Of a DNA stretch of 64,000 bases, positions 54,198 through 64,000 are shown piece by piece (position 1 is the stretch's first letter; the number at the start of each line of letters is the position of its first letter). This stretch comes from Sphingomonadaceae bacterium (GTDB taxonomy: Bacteria; Pseudomonadota; Alphaproteobacteria; Sphingomonadales; Sphingomonadaceae): positions 12,153-76,152 of the forward strand of contig DASQNO010000118.1 of assembly GCA_035644935.1 (NCBI GenBank). The letters run 5' to 3'. The notes below the pieces were generated by a model. The model did no database searches and was not told where the DNA came from. It was given only the letters and a program-made list of their open reading frames with translations. Position numbers and translations under genes: made by a program.

Positions 54198-54538
54198 CGG
54201 GCGTCTCCGTTGGCCGAGGCGGCGGCCGGGGCGGCCGACGGAGCAGGCGTGCGGTCCCACCCCACCGACCGCAAGCCGCGGATCTCCTCGTCCTGGATGA
54301 TCTCGACGAAGCGCTGCCGCTGAAAGGAATTGGCTTCGCCCGAAAAGCGCAGGTCGCGTGACAGCGGGCGGGGGAAGCGAGCGGTGACCGTCTTCAGCTC
54401 CTGTTTGGCGACGACCTGCTGCACGTGGGCGTCCAGCTTGCCGATCAGGCGCTGCCCGTAGCCGGCCGGGCCGTGAAACAGCCAGGCGGACAGCACGGTG
54501 GCGGCCAGCCCGATCAGGGCTTTCAACGATGGCGGCAT
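54194..54538 (-). CDS. Hypothetical membrane-anchored protein
   Basis: N-terminal TM ALIGLAATVLSAWLF. No family recognised. First gene of a three-gene minus-strand unit. Confidence 0.45.
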   Translation of the reverse strand: MPPSLKALIGLAATVLSAWLFHGPAGYGQRLIGKLDAHVQQVVAKQELKTVTARFPRPLSRDLRFSGEANSFQRQRFVEIIQDEEIRGLRSVGWDRTPAPSAAPAAASANGDAR

Positions 54539-54594
54539 TGCGTGTTCATCCCCGACCTCATTCCTGCCTGATTAGAACCGGCGACGGGGCAAAT

Positions 54595-55893
54595 CTATCC
54601 CGCCCAGCCCCGCCCCGCCCCGCCCGTTCCGCCCCGCGCACGCGCCTCTTCGCGCCAGCCGATGTCGCGGCGGTGAAATCCATCGTCGAACCGCACGGCG
54701 TCCACGGCCCGGTAGGCGGCGTCGCGCGCTTCCCCGATGTCCGCGCCCAGCGCGCACACGGCGAGCACGCGGCCGCCGCTTGCGACCAGCGTGTCGCCCG
54801 CCAGGCGCGTGCCCGCCTGGAAGACCTTGGCTCCCGTCGCTTGCGCATCGGCGATCCCGGCGACCGCGCCGCCGGTGGCCGGCGCGCCGGGGTAACCGCG
54901 GGCGGCGACGACCACGCCCAGCGCGACGTGGGGGATCATCGCCGGGGGCGCGCGTTCGGCGAGCCGGCCGCGGGCCGTGGCGAGCATCAGGTCGAGCAGA
55001 TCGTCGCCGAGCCGCAGCATCAGCACCTGCGCTTCCGGGTCGCCGAAGCGGGCATTGTATTCGATCAGCTTGGGTCCTTGCGCGGTCAGCATCAGCCCGG
55101 CGTAAAGCACGCCGGAGAACGGCGTCCCCGCGGCCGCCATGGCGCGAACCGTCGGCTCCACGATCTCGGCCAGGGCGCGCGCCTCCAGCGCCGGCGTCAG
55201 CACGGGGGCGGGGGAGTAGGCGCCCATGCCGCCGGTGTTGGGACCCGTGTCGCCGTCGCCGACGCGCTTGTGGTCCTGCGCGGTGCCCAGCGGCAGCACG
55301 GTGACGCCGTCGGTCAGCACGAACAGGCTGACCTCCTCGCCCCGGAGGAATTCCTCGACGAGCACCTCGTCGGCGCCGACCGCGAACAGCGCGTCGATCG
55401 CGGCGTGAGCTTCGCCGGTCGTGGCGGCGACGGTGACGCCCTTGCCGGCGGCGAGGCCGTCCGCCTTGACGACGACGGGCACGCCGAAACGCGCGCAGGC
55501 GGCGCGCGCCGCCGCGGCGTCCGGCGCGCGTACGAACCCGGCCGTTGGGATGCCTTCGCGGGCGCACAGGTCCTTGGTGAACCCTTTGGAGCCTTCCAGC
55601 CGGGCGGCGGCGGAGTTCGGGCCGAACACGAGCAGGCCGGCGCGCCGCAATGCGTCGCCCAGGCCCGCGACCAGCGGCGCTTCCGGGCCGATAACGACGA
55701 GATCGATGGTCTCCGCCCGGCAGAAGGCCATCACCGCCGCGTGATCGTCCGGGTCGAGCGCCACCAGTTCGGCATGTTCGGCGATCCCCGGATTGCCCGG
55801 CGCGCAGAACAGCTTCGACAGCTGTTCCGATTGCGAAAGCTTCCACGCGAGCGCATGTTCGCGCCCGCCCCCTCCCACCAGCAGAACGTTCAT
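54595..55893 (-). CDS. purD: Phosphoribosylamine-glycine ligase PurD
   Basis: [19 protein letters not shown] plus the ATP-grasp body. ATG at 55893. Confidence 0.95.
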   Translation of the reverse strand: MNVLLVGGGGREHALAWKLSQSEQLSKLFCAPGNPGIAEHAELVALDPDDHAAVMAFCRAETIDLVVIGPEAPLVAGLGDALRRAGLLVFGPNSAAARLEGSKGFTKDLCAREGIPTAGFVRAPDAAAARAACARFGVPVVVKADGLAAGKGVTVAATTGEAHAAIDALFAVGADEVLVEEFLRGEEVSLFVLTDGVTVLPLGTAQDHKRVGDGDTGPNTGGMGAYSPAPVLTPALEARALAEIVEPTVRAMAAAGTPFSGVLYAGLMLTAQGPKLIEYNARFGDPEAQVLMLRLGDDLLDLMLATARGRLAERAPPAMIPHVALGVVVAARGYPGAPATGGAVAGIADAQATGAKVFQAGTRLAGDTLVASGGRVLAVCALGADIGEARDAAYRAVDAVRFDDGFHRRDIGWREEARARGGTGGAGRGWAG

Positions 55894-57349
55894 GGCCACC
55901 GCTCGTCCTTCCGGCGCAAATCCTCCCGGCCTGCTAGCCGACAGCCCCCCGGGCGACAACGCGGCGCCGTTCACGGTGTCGGAGCTTTCGGGCGCGCTCA
56001 AGCGCACCGTCGAGGGCGCGTTCGGCCATGTCCGCGTCCGCGGCGAGATCTCAGGGTTCAAGCGGCACGCGTCCGGCCACTGCTACCTGACGCTGAAGGA
56101 CGACCGGGCGTGCATGGACGGCGTGATCTGGAAGGGGTGCGCAGGAATGCTGCGCTTCCGCCCGGAGGACGGTATCGAGGTCGTCGCCACCGGCAAGCTG
56201 ACGACGTTTCCCGGGCGATCCAAGTACCAGCTGGTGATCGATTCGCTGGAGCTGGCGGGGCAGGGCGCGCTGATGGCGCTGCTCGACCGGCGGCGGCAGG
56301 CGCTGGCCGCCGAAGGGCTGTTCGACGCCGCCGCCAAGCGCCGGCTGCCGTTCCTGCCGGCGCGCATCGGCGTCGTGACCTCGCCCACCGGCGCGGTAAT
56401 CCGCGACATCCTGCACCGCCTGGCCGACCGCTGCCCGACGCACGTCCTCGTCTGGCCTGTGGCGGTGCAGGGCGACGCGGCGGCGGGGCAGGTCGCGGCG
56501 GCGGTCGCGGGCTTCAACGCCATGCCCGCGGCGACGCGGCCCGACCTGATCATCGTGGCGCGCGGCGGCGGGTCGATCGAGGACCTGTGGGCGTTCAACG
56601 AAGAGGTGGTGGTGCGCGCCATCGCCGCGTCCGCCATCCCGACGATCTCCGCCGTGGGCCACGAAACCGATACGACGCTGGCCGACCACGCCGCCGATGT
56701 GCGCGCCCCGACGCCCACCGCTGCTGCCGAGATCGCCGTGCCCGTCCGGGCCGAACTGCTGGCGCAGGTCCGCGAGCTGTCGACGCGCACCGCGCGCTGC
56801 GTCCAGCGCGCGCACGAACGCGCGGGCGAGATGCTGGCGGTCAGCGCCCGGCGATTGCCCGAGCCCGCCGGACTGCTGGGGCCGCAGCGACAGCGGCTGG
56901 ATGACCTCGGCGACCGCCTGCCACGCGCATTGCGGTCGGAGGTGACGCACGCGCGGTCCGAACTGAACCGCGCCGGCGGTGGCTTGCGCCCGGCGGTTCT
57001 GCACGGGCTCCTGCGCGCGCGGCGCGAGCGGCTGGACAATGTGCGGCTGCCGGCGGACGCGATGCGCCGCCGCTTGGCGGAAGGCTCGGCGCGCCTGCAG
57101 GCTCTCTGGCGGCTAGCGGAACTCGCCCATCCCGACAAGCCATTGGCCCGCGGGTTCGCGCGGGTCACTGCGCCGGACGGCGCGACGCTGACGAGCGCCG
57201 CGGCGGCGGGGCGCGAGGCGCGGCTGCGGCTGATCTTCCACGACGGCGAAGTGGAGGCCGCGACCGGCGCGGCGAGTCCGCCGGGCAGGGTTGAGCGCCC
57301 GCGCCGGCGCGGCTATCCGGCCTCCAATGACCAGCCTGGACTTCTGTAG
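55892..57349 (+). CDS. xseA: Exodeoxyribonuclease VII large subunit XseA
   Basis: [45 protein letters not shown] (OB fold) and [16 protein letters not shown]. Confidence 0.9.
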   Translation: MATARPSGANPPGLLADSPPGDNAAPFTVSELSGALKRTVEGAFGHVRVRGEISGFKRHASGHCYLTLKDDRACMDGVIWKGCAGMLRFRPEDGIEVVATGKLTTFPGRSKYQLVIDSLELAGQGALMALLDRRRQALAAEGLFDAAAKRRLPFLPARIGVVTSPTGAVIRDILHRLADRCPTHVLVWPVAVQGDAAAGQVAAAVAGFNAMPAATRPDLIIVARGGGSIEDLWAFNEEVVVRAIAASAIPTISAVGHETDTTLADHAADVRAPTPTAAAEIAVPVRAELLAQVRELSTRTARCVQRAHERAGEMLAVSARRLPEPAGLLGPQRQRLDDLGDRLPRALRSEVTHARSELNRAGGGLRPAVLHGLLRARRERLDNVRLPADAMRRRLAEGSARLQALWRLAELAHPDKPLARGFARVTAPDGATLTSAAAAGREARLRLIFHDGEVEAATGAASPPGRVERPRRRGYPASNDQPGLL

Positions 57350-57550
57350 ATGCTGATGCGGGGCGGCGGCGCGCCGGCGCGCGTGCACTATATGGCGGGC
57401 TCGTTCCGGCTGCTGACCACGGGCGATTACGTCGTGTGCGCGGTGACCGGCGCGCGCATTCCGCTGAACGAGCTGCGCTACTGGAGCGTCGCGCGGCAGG
57501 AGCCCTATGCCTCCGCCGCCGCCTCGCTTGCCGCCGAGCAGCGTGCGTGA
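57350..57550 (+). CDS. DUF2093 domain protein
   Basis: GDYVVCAVTGARIPLNELRYWSVARQEPY matches my memory of DUF2093. TAGATG junction with xseA. Confidence 0.6.
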   Translation: MLMRGGGAPARVHYMAGSFRLLTTGDYVVCAVTGARIPLNELRYWSVARQEPYASAAASLAAEQRA

Positions 57551-58407
57551 AGCGCCTGGCGGCCGCCGTTGCGGCGGCGACGGCGGTGGTCGTGCCGGGT
57601 TTCTCCGCTGCGCAGGGGCCCACGCCGGGCGTAGTGGCCGCAGGCGACGCCGTCACTCTTGAAGGTGACTTCCGGCAGGGCGGCTTGGTTCGCGGCCGCG
57701 CGCCCGGCGCGAGAGCCGTCTCGCTGGATGGACGACCGGTGCCGCTGGCGCCCGATGGCGGGTTCCTCCTTGGCTTCGGCCGCGATTCGGCGACGGTCGC
57801 AAGGCTGAGTGCGACTTTCGCCGACGGCCGCATGGTCGAGCGGCAGATTGCGGTCGCCCGCCGCGCCTGGCCGGTGCGCAACCTGCGGACCTTGCCCAAG
57901 GGCACGCCCCGTACCCCGGCCGAGATCGCCCGCCGCGCAGACGAGGTGGCGCGCGTCGCCGCCGCTCGCGCCCGCTTGCAGCCGTCGGAAGGGTGGCGGC
58001 AGATGTTCCGCTGGCCGGTCACGGGACGCATCAGCGGCGTCTTTGGCGCGCAGACGATCTACGCGGGCGAGCCAGGCAGCTACCACAGCGGCGTCGACAT
58101 CGCACGGCCAAGGGGCACAGCTGTCACATCTCCTGCCGATGGCATCGTCGTGCTGGCCAGCCCGCCGCAATTCAGTGTCGAGGGCAATCTGCTGATCGTC
58201 GACCACGGCATGGGCCTGTCCAGCGCCTTTCTGCACCTGTCGCGGATCGACGTGCCCGTCGGCGCGCGCGTGCGGCAGGGGCAGGTCGTGGGGGCGATCG
58301 GCACGACCGGACGATCGACGGGGCCGCATCTGCACTGGGGCGTGGTGTGGCAGGGGGTGCGGGTGGATCCGCGCAAGTTGCCAGGTTCTATGACTGTGGG
58401 GCGTTAG
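57547..58407 (+). CDS. M23 family metallopeptidase
   Basis: HSGVDIA...GTAVTSPADGIVV...TGPHLHWGV. GTGA overlap with the DUF2093 stop. Signal peptide. Confidence 0.85.
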   Translation: MKRLAAAVAAATAVVVPGFSAAQGPTPGVVAAGDAVTLEGDFRQGGLVRGRAPGARAVSLDGRPVPLAPDGGFLLGFGRDSATVARLSATFADGRMVERQIAVARRAWPVRNLRTLPKGTPRTPAEIARRADEVARVAAARARLQPSEGWRQMFRWPVTGRISGVFGAQTIYAGEPGSYHSGVDIARPRGTAVTSPADGIVVLASPPQFSVEGNLLIVDHGMGLSSAFLHLSRIDVPVGARVRQGQVVGAIGTTGRSTGPHLHWGVVWQGVRVDPRKLPGSMTVGR

Positions 58408-58766
58408 CGGAACCGAACGGTACGCAGCGCAGTGCGACCCTTGATCCACGATTCATAACTTCCAAGCCGACCGCGGCTGATCTTCACGGTGTCGCCAACT
58501 TCCGGATCCGCCTGGTAAGCGTTGACCTCCGTTGTGCGTCAGACGGCATCGTCCACTCGGATCACCCACTTGCCATCCAAGGCCCTCGTGAAAAACCGGA
58601 TCGTGCCCTCCACCTCTTCGTACGCCTCGTCCTGGCAGCCGCCCTTGACCAAGGCTCGAACGTGAGCGACCCGCGTCGTCCTGATTTTGGACGTGGGACC
58701 CCGTACTCGATGGCGGCCGAACGGATGTTGCTCCGCAGCTAGTATCGAACGGCGATCACCAGTAAT
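58404..58766 (-). pseudogene. Possible decayed ORF (in-frame TGA), lower-GC spacer between the M23 gene and clpB
   Basis: One minus-strand frame reads about 75 sense codons (..VKGGCQDEAYEEVEGTIRFFTRALDGKWVIRVDDAV), then TGA at 58539-41, then 44 more codons to TAA at 58404. No convincing start and no family recognised. Confidence 0.2.
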
Positions 58767-58787
58767 CTAAGTTCGGAGCCACGCGAC

Positions 58788-61382
<2,595 letters not shown>

Positions 61383-61409
61383 GGGTGGCCCCTAATGCTG
61401 TCGAGCGGG

Positions 61410-61437
61410 AAATAGTGTTGCGTGTTGGCAACACAAG
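61410..61437 (-). promoter_or_regulatory. Sigma-32-type heat-shock promoter candidate for clpB
   Basis: The minus strand reads CTTG-N18-CTATTT, 28 nt before the ATG. As I recall it, the alphaproteobacterial RpoH consensus is CTTG-N17/18-CYTATNT. Confidence 0.4.
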
Positions 61438-61479
61438 TGTTGCCCGGCGGAGAAGCTTCGAGCAGAGAAGCGCTCGGCT

Positions 61480-62772
61480 TCAACGCAGAACTCGCGACGA
61501 TACTTCTGGATCGACAGCCGGCGTCGTCAGGATGCGATTATCCGTCGCAACGCGAAAGCCCCCGTCCAGCAAGAACTGCCGGACACTGGGATCGGTGCTG
61601 AGCCCGGCCGCCGTCCGGGCGGCGGACCAGGCCATCTCCTCGTCACCCCCAAGCCAGCAGGTCCGCGCCCGCGCCGCCCACCACGGCTGATAACCGGATG
61701 CACGCGCGATCCCGTCCAGTTGTCGCAAGCCGGATGCAGGATCACCGTTCTCAGCATGCGCGACCGCGCGCGCCACGAGCACGCCCGTGGTCGGCGCCAT
61801 GCCCGCCAGCACGTCATAGAGTTGCGCGAGCGGCTCCGTGAAGCGTTCGCCCGTCATCCGCTGGTGGGCGTGGAGCGACTGGATCGCGGCCTCCGTCTGG
61901 AAACGCCCCGGCGCGTTGGCCCGCGCGGCGGAACGGAGCAGCGCTTCAGCCTCGACGATCATCGGACGCGACCAGAGTGCGGTATCCTGCCGGTGAAGCG
62001 GAACGAACCGGCCCGCCGGATCACGCCTGGCGGTGCGCCTGGACTCGCAGTGGAGCATGAGGGACAACAGCCCCATGACTTCGGGGTCGCCAGGCAGGAA
62101 TCGCCGAAGCAGGCGACCGAGCCAGATCGCTTCCGCTGAAAGCCCGACCAGCTTGCCGTCGGTCCCGTTGACGTCCTCCCATGCCGTGCCGAACGCGGCG
62201 TACACCGCCGACAGGACGCCGCCGACCCGTGCGGCAGCGCTCGCCGGTTCGGGTACGGCAAAGGCGATTCCGGCATCGCGGATCTTGCGTTTGGCCCGGA
62301 CGAGGCGCTGTCCCATCGTCGCGCTGGAGACCAGGAAGCATGCGGCGATGCGCGCGGCGTCGAGGCCGAGCACGGTTTGCAGCATCAACGGCGTCTGCGC
62401 CTCGGCGTCGATGGCGGGATGGGTGCAGACGAACATCAGCGCCAGGCGCTCGTCGCCGAAGGCGCTTGTCACCGCCTCGTCGCGCTCGTCCTGAAGCAAC
62501 TGCACCAGATCGACCGCCCACTCGGCGGTGCGCCGTCGAGCGTCCGCATGGCCGATGCTCCGGCGGGCGACGGTCAGCAACCAGCCGGGAGGGTTGGCCG
62601 GCACGCCGTCGCGGGGCCATTGCACGAGAGCCGCGGCGAAAGCGTCGGCAAGCGCGTCCTCGGCGGAGGTGATGTCGCCTGATCGCGCGGCAAGGATCGA
62701 CAGCAGCCTGCCGTATGAAGAGCGCGCCGCATCTTCCGCTTCGCGGCCGGCGATGCGGCGCGCTTCGTCCAT
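61480..62772 (-). CDS. ECF sigma factor with long C-terminal extension (ECF42-like)
   Basis: The sigma-2/sigma-4 part is SYGRLLSILAARSGDITSAEDALADAFAAAL...GWLLTVARR...LGLDAARIAACFLVSSATMGQRLVRAKRKI. About 200 further aa follow. ATGA overlap with the upstream DGPF gene. Confidence 0.8.
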   Translation of the reverse strand: MDEARRIAGREAEDAARSSYGRLLSILAARSGDITSAEDALADAFAAALVQWPRDGVPANPPGWLLTVARRSIGHADARRRTAEWAVDLVQLLQDERDEAVTSAFGDERLALMFVCTHPAIDAEAQTPLMLQTVLGLDAARIAACFLVSSATMGQRLVRAKRKIRDAGIAFAVPEPASAAARVGGVLSAVYAAFGTAWEDVNGTDGKLVGLSAEAIWLGRLLRRFLPGDPEVMGLLSLMLHCESRRTARRDPAGRFVPLHRQDTALWSRPMIVEAEALLRSAARANAPGRFQTEAAIQSLHAHQRMTGERFTEPLAQLYDVLAGMAPTTGVLVARAVAHAENGDPASGLRQLDGIARASGYQPWWAARARTCWLGGDEEMAWSAARTAAGLSTDPSVRQFLLDGGFRVATDNRILTTPAVDPEVSSRVLR

Positions 62773-63131
62773 CAACTGGCGGGCGGCGGCAGGACCGGGC
62801 GGATTTCGACCGACCCGGCCGTGGCGCAGGGCGCGCGCGCCGCCCATTCGAGCGCTGCATCCAAATCGGCGGCATCCAGGATCACGTATCCGCCCAAAAT
62901 CTCCTTCGTATCGGCGAATGGCCCATCGACGATGTGGCGCTTGCCGTTGTCGACCCGGATGGTGGTGCTGGTCTCGGGCGGCTGAAGCGCGTTGCCGCTC
63001 ACCATTACGCCACTCTGGGCGATCGCGCCCATATAGGCCGTCCAGCCGCCCCAATAGGCGTCCGCTTCGGACGGGTTGGTACGCTTGGCCAACTCGGCCG
63101 GCGTTTCGTTGAACAGCAGCATGTAGTGCAT
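62772..63131 (-). CDS. YciI-like/DGPF domain protein
   Basis: MHYMLLFNE...IVDGPFADTKE..GGYVILD..SVEIRPV. Confidence 0.8.
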   Translation of the reverse strand: MHYMLLFNETPAELAKRTNPSEADAYWGGWTAYMGAIAQSGVMVSGNALQPPETSTTIRVDNGKRHIVDGPFADTKEILGGYVILDAADLDAALEWAARAPCATAGSVEIRPVLPPPAS

Positions 63132-63396
63132 CGGTCGCGTCCTTCATCTCGCCTTGCATCGCCACGCATCGTACCCGGCGATTGAGCGACCGTTGAGCCG
63201 CTCATCTCCATGTGCGGCGAGACAATACAATTTCGACCGTTGCTCGTGAGGCAACTGCTCAATCAGGTTTTCGTCCGATTGACAGACGAAACGGCGACCG
63301 TCGGTGAAGAGCCAGACCTAAGTGTCGCAAGCCCTCGGTTCTTCGCCGAGCCTTACGCGCAGTTCTCTGCCGCTTGCGCATTTGAGCCGGAGCGGC

Positions 63397-64000
63397 TTAC
63401 CGAGCCGCCACCGGCCGGGTCGCGGACGCCGGGTTGAAGAAGCTGTCCGCGTTCCAGCGGGGGGCGGCGTCGGCGTTGGCGATTTCGCGCGCGATGCGGA
63501 AGTTGATCTCGGCAAAACGCGCGCCGGCGTTCCAGTCGATCGGCAGCTTCAAGTCGTCCGACGGCTGGTGATAGTGGGTGGCGAGGAAGCCCTTGAAGCG
63601 CGCCTCGCCCTGGCCCTCGAACCCCGTCATCAGGAACACCGACGGAATGCCTTCGCGCACGAACTTGTAGTGGTCGGAGCGGGTGAACAGGCCCTCGGCG
63701 GGCAGCGGGTCGGGGGTGAGCCTGACGTTCATGCCGGCGGCGGCGCGCTGCACGATCGGACCCAGCGTGGAGTGGTTAGCGCCGAAGGCGATGACGTCGG
63801 TGAAGGGGTAGAGCAGCACGGGCATGTCGAGGTTGACGACGCCGACCACCTTGCCGTTGCCGACCACCGGGTGCTTGGCGAGATATTCGGCGCCGAGCAG
63901 GCCCTTCTCCTCGGCGGTGACGGCCGCGAACAGGATCGAGCGGCGCGGGCGATCGGGCGAGGCGGCCATCGCGCGCGCGACCTCCAGCATCGTCGCCGTG
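63397..64000 (-). CDS. M28 family peptidase, N-terminal part lies beyond the window
   Basis: SILFAAVTAEEKGLLGAEY...VVNLDM...RSDHYKFV..GIPS...YHQPSD. The frame stays open to nt 64000. Confidence 0.8.
   Translation of the reverse strand, partial: TATMLEVARAMAASPDRPRRSILFAAVTAEEKGLLGAEYLAKHPVVGNGKVVGVVNLDMPVLLYPFTDVIAFGANHSTLGPIVQRAAAGMNVRLTPDPLPAEGLFTRSDHYKFVREGIPSVFLMTGFEGQGEARFKGFLATHYHQPSDDLKLPIDWNAGARFAEINFRIAREIANADAAPRWNADSFFNPASATRPVAAR

Noticed and set aside
63132-63396. Search for an ECF42-type promoter (TGTCGA-like -35) upstream of the DGPF-sigma operon
   Set aside because: Only a one-mismatch TGTCAA with no suitably spaced CGTC-like -10 was found. That is not enough to call without comparative data.

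Overview
High-GC (roughly 65-70%) bacterial chromosome segment. Gene content suggests an alphaproteobacterium, probably Sphingomonadaceae; this is an inference, since no searches were possible. All calls rest on reading the ORF translations for family motifs, start/stop geometry and repeats. I annotate 75 protein-coding regions and found no rRNA, tRNA or CRISPR. Main blocks: (1) nt 1-15891, a compact flagellar-type export-apparatus and hook cluster in two convergent, translationally coupled operons. It has several non-canonical parts: a 141-aa ORF where fliG should be, a FliF with only a 30-aa cytoplasmic tail, a short SpoA-only FliM-like protein, an embedded sigma factor and TPR proteins. No motAB, rod or flagellin genes are in the window. 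(2) tesA-ybbA-ybbP-like housekeeping genes. (3) A GIY-YIG nuclease gene embedded in three copies of a ~68-bp palindromic repeat. (4) nt 25619-28854, a tight minus-strand operon of a heme-oxygenase-like di-iron enzyme, an amidinotransferase/DDAH-fold enzyme, a SAM methyltransferase and an NTF2-like protein; this is a candidate uncharacterised guanidino-modifying pathway. (5) M13 peptidase and carotenoid-modification genes (crtX-like, crtW, DUF2141). (6) Three single-domain PilZ proteins. (7) A six-gene DGPF/GST/VOC/DUF1428 operon divergent from an HxlR-type regulator, lying between the J-domain gene and cobS-cobT. (8) Core genes: nusB, bolA, rpmB, tadA, purD, xseA, clpB. (9) A DGPF protein plus long ECF sigma pair. 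At least four families of palindromic MITE/REP-like elements fill many intergenic gaps, one directly abutting the 5' end of crtX. Many long ORFs in the supplied track are high-GC shadow frames and were rejected.
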